A DNA stretch of 63,529 nt, filler included, from Bigelowiella natans CCMP2755 (taxonomy: Eukaryota; Protista; Cercozoa), in assembly GCA_000320545.1 (NCBI GenBank). It is 7 parts of 7 records of this genome, joined end to end, with 100 filler letters (N's around TTAATTAATTAA, not from the genome) between each part and the next. Parts side by side here need not be neighbours in the genome. Positions count along the whole stretch, not along the records: positions 52,336 to 57,216 come from ADNK01001591.1; positions 57,317 to 62,107 come from ADNK01001315.1; positions 62,208 to 63,529 come from ADNK01003719.1; 4 more parts are not named here. The stretch is one strand, 5' to 3'. The notes beneath the pieces were generated by a model. That model had not been told where the DNA came from. It did not search any database and saw only the letters and a program-made list of their open reading frames with translations. The position numbers were made by a program, and so were the translations under genes. Positions 52,336-63,529 of the stretch are shown piece by piece (positions within the stretch are counted from its first letter, which is position 1; every line of letters begins with the position of its first letter).

Positions 52336-52764
52336 CTCAAAAAAATGGCCCATGAGAATTCGGGAGAGGTCCCTAAAAGCCCCCCCCCCCCCTCGCTATC
52401 CAATTGCGGTGGGTGTATCACCTCAGATCATTTCCTCTTCTTTTCCTCCTCCCTCCTCCTCCTTCCTCCTCTTCCATTTGAATTCATTTATATTTCGGCT
52501 GTCGTTTCAAGTCCATTGGTTGTTTCGGCCAGGGTTTTGCACCTTCTCCTTTCTCCTTTTTCTTGGTTCTCATAAACCATTATCCATCATCGTTGTTATT
52601 ATCATTCCCCCCCCCCCCCTGAACAGCAACAACAACTTGGCCCGTATTCTAAATCGACCTGATGGATCCGCCTGACATGTATTACATTATCATTATGGCA
52701 ATGATATTCACATTCGTACATATCACCACCAGCACTTTAACAACACTTCCTCCTCTCACTACTA

Positions 52765-52796
<32 letters not shown>

Positions 52797-52799
52797 ACT

Positions 52800-53547
52800 A
52801 CCTGCATGCGGGGGTGACTACGAATCAAAACCCCTCGTAAATCGACAACAATAAGTCTCTTCATCGTCTCTTCTCCTTCCTCCCCCCCCTCCTTCTCGCC
52901 GGTCATCTCACTAATTTTCTTTTTCTTTTTGTTCTCTTTCTCCATAGACGAGGATGGAGAAGAAGAATAAGAATATAGAGGCGGTAAGTAGGTCACGGAA
53001 GTATTCGGCTCAAATATCCCAATCGCTACCTAATAATAATAATAATAATAACAATAATGTTAATAATGACTACCATACAATATTCATCCCAATCAATTTA
53101 GTCCATCAATCAAGTGCTTGTTGTTGTTGTTGCTGTTGTTGTTGTCGTTGTCATTCAAATAATACCATCAACCACTTCCAATTTATACATCATGTTTATT
53201 TGAGTAGTATTATTATATTGCCTGCACAGGTTTTGTTAGTCTTCGGAAAACTACTCCCAAATCGATGTTGTTAACGGCCAATCGAACGCATGTTTGCGGA
53301 TAATCCAACGTGAGAGAAACCGTATCCCCTAATGTAGTACGGCATTATTAGAGAGCTAGAACAAATCATCATCATCTTCTTCTTCTTCCTCTTCTGATAT
53401 CTATGTATTCGTATTCGTTTGATGGATGGGTGATGATGGATGATGTATGCTTATCCCCATCCTCTTCCCCTTCCTTCCTTCCTTGTTTTTTTTGTGCAAT
53501 CATTAATCACCATCGTGCCATTGAAGTCCATACTGACTACGAGTGCC

Positions 53548-53580
<33 letters not shown>

Positions 53581-53834
53581 CGTAGTGATCGGTCGTGTTG
53601 TTGTGCTGATGATGATTATGATGACGCAAGAACCCTTCCTCCTCCTACTATTATCACTAAATCGTCGTGGTATTATTATTATTATCCCGTTGTTGTTATT
53701 GAAATGATGATATTACCATCAGCAACAAGAATTTTGGTGTTACTAAGGACCAGAGTCGCCTTATGCACAGGTTCTCCATCACTACCTTTCAACTTGTATA
53801 TACCAGCATTGATAGCATATGTACATGACTACTC

Positions 53835-53868
<34 letters not shown>

Positions 53869-54110
53869 ACAGTAGTAATAGTAATTGTGGTAGCTCAATA
53901 GTAGTAAGAGTAGCAGCAAGATAGTGTATAGAAGGAGCAGCAGTTGTGTGGAAAGAGTGTTAGCATAGATGTGGTAAGATAAACTGTTTGAAGTGCTACG
54001 ATGATGACCATCAATCTAGAATCATCAGTGTGCGTGTGTGTACGTGTGTTTGTGTTTGCCGTTATAACAGGCTTATGATGGATGAGTGATTCCCTTACGA
54101 AGACGATGGA

Positions 54111-54141
<31 letters not shown>

Positions 54142-56455
54142 GTCATCATGGTTGTAGAACTAGTAATAACCCATGCCTCATCCGTCCTGAAACTGAGTGG
54201 AACTAGACAGATCAACACGCTTGGTAGATGAGAAGTACCACTACTTCGTTTATTGGACGATACTGCTGGTGTTGAAGAAGGAGGAGGAGGAGGAGGAGGG
54301 AATGAAGAAGAGCTTGGTGTCGCTTGATCCCCCTTCTTATCCATCCTTTCGAGCTGTTTGTTCTGTTCTTGCCGCTGCTGCTGCTGTTGTTGATGATGAT
54401 GATGGTGATGCCCCCCCCCTCTGCCCAGTTTAAGCTTAAATCGCAGTGTGTGCTTTCCCGCATACCTACAGTACAATGGAAGAGGAGGAGGAGGAGGAAC
54501 AATTAAATCATGTATGAGGGAGAGACCGAGAAGTACAATTTGTGTTGTAATAATGATACTGCTGCACACCCTTCTATCAGTATGGATTACGCATCATCAT
54601 AATCATTATCATCCATATCCTTGTGCTTTCTTCTCCTTTATTCTCCTCTCTTCCTTCTCCTTCTCCTCCAACAATAACATATTTAGCAATACTCTTACCA
54701 TGCCATGCGCCCTTTAACAAATCCTCCTCCCCCTCCCCCTCCCTCCTCCTCCTCCTCCTCCTGCTGCTGCTAGATCACCCCTGCTACTGCTGCTACTACT
54801 ACTAGTAGTAGTAGTAGTATCATTATCTTGAGGATCATAACCCAATAAGAAGGAAAAAGCAGCAGCAGCAGCAGCACTACTACTAGTACTACTACTACTA
54901 CTGCTACTACTACTAGTAGTAGTAGTAGCACTGGTAGCACTTGAGCAAACCATAAGTTGGTTATGCCTACTAGTGGTGCTGCTGCTGTTGGTTAACCCCC
55001 CTCTTGTTCCTATTATCTCTGGTGGTGATGATAACGACGATGACGGTGAAATCGAAGAAAGGGGTTCCAGCTGTATAACAATAAGGATCATAATCATCAC
55101 AATAATTAGAATTAGAATAATAATAATAATAACCACTGGATAGTAGTAGTAGCCGGTAAGTCAGAAGAAGCAAAAGAAGTAATATTAATTCTAGAAAGAA
55201 CAAGAGACTTTATTGCACACATCCACACACCCAAGAATGGGGAGCACTGTAAAGGAGAAGAAGAAGTAGTAGTAGTAATAGCGGTAGTAGTTGTAGTGCC
55301 ATGCACATATTCATTGAGCACAATGTTGTTGAAAAAGGTTTGTCCTCTTTTTTATCTTCTTCTTCTTGTTGTTGTTCTTGTTGTTCTATTGCATGCACAC
55401 TACAACTAGTACATGTAGCTGTGTTGTCGTTGTTGTTGTCACTGTTGTCTTTGGATCCAAGGAGTCCATAAATATCCTCGACAAACCTAATAGCACATGG
55501 TAGTACACAATTCATAACACCTATAAATAAACAATATAAAGAAATGAATCAACAAAGAAGAAAAGAAAGTAAGATTGATAGCTTGTTGGGTTCTTCTTCT
55601 TTTTCTTTTCGGTTACGTTGCGTATTATTATATACGTGTCTAAGAAAACAAGTCAGTCGTACTTAAAATGATATCTATTAGTTACTTACGTGCTTCTGCT
55701 GTGTGTTGATAAATCATCATAGAATACAGCTCTTATTAAATATTATCGTTATTGTTATTATGTTATTGCTTAATTATTATTCGGTTGTTGCTATTGATTG
55801 ATTGATTGATTGATTGATTAATTACAAGGTCGCCTTCTTTTTTGCCTATCTGTATCTTCAACGTAGCGGATCGTTTCAACAATTTCACGTTGTAAGAAGA
55901 CGTGATTTTGACGGAAATCCAGTGGATTCAGAGGGCAGAGATGTGGCATCACTTTGTCGTGAAATGCATATGAGGGGAGAAATACCTAGGGTAGAGTAGG
56001 TTCAGTAGTAAGTAGTGCCACAACAACAAAAGTTAAACAACAACATCATCAACAACACCTACAACATATTTCACAGTTATCTCCTCCTCCTCCTCCTCCT
56101 CCTCCTCCTCCTCCTCCTCTTATTAACCATCCTCATCATGCACCAATTTGACGTACGCATTAGTACCATAATGCTGGTGTTATACACAATATTATCATCT
56201 TCTCATCAATAGAAACATGTCAATTATCATCATGATCATCACAAATAGAACCTCTTTCTCTACAGATGAAATGATATCTATTATTCTCGTATTCTGCCAA
56301 TCCATAGCCATTCCTGCCTGATTTCCGGTGCTATCAAGAGGAGGAGAAGTGCTAGATTTACATCTCAGAGCCTTGGACAAATGATCTCTAAGTAAATGAT
56401 AATGATAATGATAATAATAGGTGAACCAGAGAGGAAATTAATTATTATTTAACAA

Positions 56456-56487
<32 letters not shown>

Positions 56488-56860
56488 CAACCGTGGAATC
56501 TTAGGCAATCCAAGTCTTAACCCCCCAGATGATGCTACGACTCCTGTAAATTATAATAAAAGAAAAGTATCACAAACAAACGAAGAAGCAACGATCATCT
56601 CAGCTTGCAATAACAGTACCACCCAGAGCAGCAGAGTAATATAATTATAAGTTGTAGTAGTAGTAGGAGGAGGAGGAGGAGGAGGAGGAGGAGGATGCGA
56701 AATATCATTTTAAAAAACGAACACAAATAAATAACAAGTATCGTGATCATTCTCATCATAATACGCACGTTTGCAGCCGTCAGGAAGATATTGCAGGTCT
56801 TCCATTTCAATGAGTATCTCTGCTGGCCTCACTACTGATACCGCGGGGCACAACCCTTGA
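52800..56860 (-). CDS. Uncharacterised multi-exon gene, possibly with SPRY-like segments
   Basis: Exon-like segments GLCPAVSVVRPAEILIEMEDLQYLP, VFLPSYAFHDKVMPHLCP..., RFVEDIYGLLGS and GDTVSLTLDYPQTCVRLAVNNIDLGVVF. The last resembles SPRY 'GD.ig..lD.....f..Ng..lG.af'. Confidence 0.4.
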
Positions 56861-57083
56861 TGATGATGATAATGATAATGATGATGATGATGGTGATAAT
56901 GATTATGATTAAATATGATGACTGACGACAACAAATAATGTAAAATCCCATCATAGAAGTACACATCAACAAAAAAGACATCATGAAATAAACATCATGA
57001 AACAACTATTCTCATCACATTGCCATCTTCGTAGTCGTTTCCATCATCATCATCATCATCATCTTCTTCTTCTTCTTCATCAC

Positions 57084-57122
<39 letters not shown>

Positions 57123-57216
57123 TGTAGAACATAATTGTGATGGATGATGAAAATTGATTTTCTAAGTTGATGACGCATTGAAATTTCACCCGATATCTGG
57201 TGAAATAGAAATGGGA

Positions 57217-57316
57217 NNNNNNNNNNNNNNNNNNNNNNNNNNNNNNNNNNNNNNNNNNNNTTAATTAATTAANNNNNNNNNNNNNNNNNNNNNNNNNNNN
57301 NNNNNNNNNNNNNNNN
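57217..57316. other. Artificial assembly spacer
   Basis: N-run with TTAATTAATTAA. Confidence 0.97.
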
Positions 57317-57379
57317 GATCGACTGCAACTTCCCATCAGATGTGCACGCAAAACCGATCTCGTTCACTGACAATCTCTA

Positions 57380-59370
<1,991 letters not shown>

Positions 59371-59502
59371 TCAAATATGGAAAAAAACGTCTCGAAATCG
59401 AAGAGAATTCATCTGAGCGACAACCAAGAATTCATTGTCGCAGACTATTATCCTCGACCAAACTTCCTCATCTTCTACGAGAAAATAATCCGTTGGCAAA
59501 TC

Positions 59503-60622
59503 ATGATTCGAGTGCGTGTTTGCACGAGAAACGAAGGGCGAAAAACGTGTGCGACAACGAATTAAATAGCCATTTCTCTACAGGAAAAATTGTACGAGCA
59601 CCTTGCCACCACCTGGCGGGGCTCTGGAGCAGTTACGAAAAAGAGCACCCACCCCCTGCGGAAGGAGCATGGCGACGAGGATCAACCCACCGCCTCTATT
59701 AAAGAGGTAGCTGGAACCCTTCATTTGTTACATACGCCGTCTGATTCTTGTTGTTATAATGATTATGCTACGTGATCGATCATCCACTGGAAATACTACC
59801 GATCTGATGAAGCGCCTCTTCCATTTTGATGGATAGCTCTGCTAGTCGTCCATACAGACTATGCGTATGCATCATGGTGAGCAGATTACATGTTGCATGC
59901 ATAGAATCGGCGGTAGGATCTATCTCCAACCCACTTCAGCAACAATCCATGACACTATCCAAGTTAAAAAAAATGTCGGTGCTGGTTTGATGCAACGCTC
60001 GGTGAACATGCGCACATGTCGCTGTTCCTCATACTGATGAAGTTACATCCTTGTACATCAGCTGGCGAGCATATCTGCTACCTATTTCTACTTCGTGACA
60101 CCAGAAGTAGGAGCGGGAGAGGATGTTTACCAACCAGGTATGGCTTTTACTACTGCTACCACCTCTACTACTACCGCTACTCTACTACAATCCTGTGGTT
60201 TCTATGACTACTACAAACCATCCCTAACGCACCTAAATCGTCGTGATCGATTGATGCACAGACACCAAGTGGACCACAGGCTCTTCGCTGCAATTTCTCG
60301 TGGGTAAGAAGAATGCCCACACACACTTCGGAATCCATATGCAATCTAGGATGTTTGCTTTGATCCATATTCTCTTGATGTTGCATTCCTTTGTGGAAAC
60401 TATCCTCTAGTTTATCATCATCATCATCATCATCATAATCTTGATACACTATGCCTTTATTCGGTGTTGGCAACTACTGCAACCAACAGGCTTCTTCATG
60501 TTCACAGTGGGGTCTATTTCCTACTTTATATTCACACATCATGAAAAGGTGCATGGATTTTGTTTAGAGACAGCATAATGTCGCGTATCCTACCTTTACT
60601 CCTCCTCCTCCTCCTCCTCCTC

Positions 60623-60658
<36 letters not shown>

Positions 60659-62023
60659 ACTACAACACGTGCAGATGACAAGTGTGAATATTGATGCTTT
60701 CATTTTTTTATCGTAGGATTTCGCCCTTCTTCGATTGATGTTCACAGTACCAGCACTTGCTCTGCTCTCTTATCGAGTCATCTTCTACATTCAGAAGGGG
60801 TACGTACTTGGTTCTGCTTGATCGTCATGATGCCTTCATTTTAAGTAGTCATGCTACATGCTTCGTTCTTCCATTGCCATCCTGAGCAGGTATTTATTGT
60901 ATCTTATCGATTTCTGCTTCTGGTCACACTTCTGCGGTCTCTTTGTGCTTTGGTACCCATCATATTTTTTCCCACCAACTACTGCTCTACTGCTTTTCAC
61001 GGACACTTACGTCTAAGATGTCAGAAATGTTTACGCTAAGTTTATCGTGGGCAACGCCCATCATTTTCAATACGCACGAATGAACAAGCACCTAATCAAT
61101 GAATCATCGTGCTGCTCTTCTGCCATAGTTGTCAAAAATATCTTCAATATATAGGGGATACAATAATATCTCGCGAGACTTTGCCATTGCCGTCTTCGGT
61201 ATTGATCTAAGCAGCAGCAAGCGGCGTATGCGTTATGACTTTCCACAGATTTAAAAAAAAAAATCGGAGAATTTTTCGCAAAGTTAAATAGTATTCGGAC
61301 GTTGTCTCACGTATGTCGTCAATGCAATAGCCATACTAATGATCTGATGATTACTATAAAGTACCTATTTTCTAATTTTTGGATAACGTTACAGCGGCTT
61401 TGAACGGCCCTGTGGGGGGAGCGACGTTTCTGCTTCGAACGCCGATGCTCATACATCATCCAGAGGTGGATTTGTGTCTTAATTGTAGCGCCATTGAAGC
61501 TGAAGATACTTGATCTTACGATTTTTTTGGTACATTCTTCCTCTCGAAGTGAGATCCTTCCCTGCAAGAACGTGCATGTCATCTTTGTAACGCGGCCTTC
61601 GCGATGCTTATAACAACACATCTACTCCAGGCGTTTGAGTCGTTTTTCCTGCACGTGGTGCCCATGTGGGCTTCATTCTCTCTAAGATGGAATTGGGGTG
61701 GGTTGTTTAATCTTGAGTGATGAGACTCCGCGATTGTTCAGTTGTCATTGTTTAAAGAATACAGCAGTAAGAGAGACTAGTGAACGGTGGTGGAGAGATA
61801 GATAGCTTGCAGTTTTGGGCGGTATACGGCATCGTTGGATTTTAGGGCTTGTCTTCCATCTAGAAGAAGAAGGAAAAGAAGATTGCTCGTATTACCTCCT
61901 TGAAAAGCAAATATTGCTCACGTGCGTGTATGTGCTACTACCTTACGCTTCTAGGAGAGACGTTGTTCTCCTCCTCGTCGTCGTCGAGGCTGCCATCCAC
62001 CCTCCAAATCGTCTATCTCGGGT
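59503..62023 (+). CDS. Glycerophosphocholine acyltransferase (Gpc1/GPCAT, DUF2838)-like, multi-exon, truncated by gap
   Basis: LLSYRVIFYIQKG|YLLYLIDFCFWSH, ALNGPVGGATFLLRTPMLIHHPE|AFESFFLHVVPMWASFSLRW parallel the family motifs 'HYFL.DFCY', 'GPLA.AI..WRNSLVFHS.DK.TS.FIH..P...RW'. Confidence 0.72.
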
Positions 62024-62107
62024 ATGTATGATGTCACTTCATCCAAGTGGGGAAATAAGAGGGAAGGGGAGGGGGGGGGGGGGGGGGTGGGGAAAAAGCC
62101 GAAAAAC

Positions 62108-62207
62108 NNNNNNNNNNNNNNNNNNNNNNNNNNNNNNNNNNNNNNNNNNNNTTAATTAATTAANNNNNNNNNNNNNNNNNNNNNNNNNNNNNNNNNNNNN
62201 NNNNNNN
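62108..62207. other. Artificial assembly spacer
   Basis: N-run with TTAATTAATTAA. Confidence 0.97.
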
Positions 62208-62257
62208 ATCATCATCATCATCATGGGCTATGACATAATTACTACACACACTGTGCA

Positions 62258-62498
62258 GGTTGAGAATCTCGATACGACTAAATCGATGCTGCCATACCTC
62301 CTCAGCTTAGGAGTAATAACCCTTTATTTCATCATCATTGCATAACTAACCACACACTATCAACACACAAAACACACACACACACACACACCCGCGCGCG
62401 CGCTCATATGACCATCGAGAAGATGGTTGCAGCCTCTTTTGATTTCTTTCTCTCCTTTTTGCCGTGTACATTTGCTTATACATATCCCCTTGTTACTG

Positions 62499-62544
<46 letters not shown>

Positions 62545-62924
62545 ATTCTTCTTTCTCCAAACCATGGTTGTTTTAATTCATTTGATCCCACTCCGCTACG
62601 ACAGCTGAAAGACCCTGTGTGCGTGTCCATTGGCCGAGTCAAGAAGACGAAGTACCTAAGAGATTCTCTCACCAAGGTGGGGTGATTATTGTTGCGTATT
62701 TTGTTTCTCTAATCGTCTGATCGATTCCCTTGGGGAGGAATGCCTGTTTATCCTCCTGGCCATATTATGTGTCATGGTGATGATGATGGTGATGATGATG
62801 ATGACAAATCCATACATGTTTGCATCGATACGAGCAGGCTGGAGTCGATACTGATATGGGATTCTTATTCTATCAAGGTGGGGGGGGTGGTCGTCATTGA
62901 ATGCTGCATTCTCGCATTTATCAT

Positions 62925-62955
<31 letters not shown>

Positions 62956-62994
62956 GCATTTTATCATCGTGACCATCATCACCAGCATCAGCAC

Positions 62995-63026
<32 letters not shown>

Positions 63027-63230
63027 CTTCACATCACTGTCTTTTACGATTTCGCAGTATCAAAAAGTTAAGGTGTGCACAGTTCTAAGCCTTCGCAACA
63101 TCCCCTCCCCACCCCCCGCCCTTCCCCTTACCCCCTCTTCCTTCTCTCCTGCCGACAACAAATAATAGGCAAAGGCGGATTTGAAAACATCAATGATGAT
63201 ACGCATCCAGATGAAACAGATCCTACCACT
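62258..63230 (+). CDS. Internal exons of an unidentified gene
   Basis: AG/GT-bounded exons LKDPVCVSIGRVKKTKYLRDSLTK | YQKVK | AKADLKTSMMIRIQMKQILP. Confidence 0.35.
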
Positions 63231-63383
63231 GTAATGAATGAGCAGATAAAAACAATAATAAGATACGCCTTGTCTTTCAATCGCTTTACACCTTCAACAC
63301 ATCGTGATGATAGGCAATTTTTTGAGTCAGAAGAGAGTAGAGAAGAAGAAGAAAAACAGAATTCAGATACGTGTACATATATC

Positions 63384-63414
<31 letters not shown>

Positions 63415-63529
63415 ATATTGATGATGATAAAACACTGCATGGTTAGTCGTGAAGAATGTTGTGTATGGACCATCATCTCTCTCACCAATCAGAACTTGTG
63501 AGAGCATCTTAGAGACCTGACGACTCACC

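Overview
This is eukaryotic nuclear DNA with many short GT-AG introns and dense microsatellites. Signal-peptide plus transit-like leaders suggest an alga with a complex plastid (chlorarachniophyte-like; inference). The window is seven contigs joined by six artificial 100-nt N-TTAATTAATTAA-N spacers, so adjacency across spacers is not reliable. Recognisable multi-exon genes are C7orf25/UPF0415-like, MCMBP, a MORN-repeat protein, NAA20, a TIP30/HTATIP2-like oxidoreductase, DTL/CDT2, YEATS4/Yaf9, a DUF1279 protein, a histidine-phosphatase-like protein, a ubiquitin-like protein, organelle-type MutS2 and GPCAT/Gpc1 (DUF2838). Four near-identical H/ACA snoRNAs sit in NAA20 introns, and their pockets match the snR34/SNORA65 targets in LSU rRNA. 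The most striking signal is a set of intergenic/repeat islands purged of TpA: 42940-44695 has one TA in 1756 bp. Internal repeat pairs and a decayed ARF-GTPase fragment give the direction as TpA to TpG/CpA (A>G on both strands), and CTAG is spared. This looks like a repeat-directed A-to-G hypermutation process, the mirror image of fungal RIP. No candidate enzyme is visible in the window. All counts and exon boundaries were read by hand.
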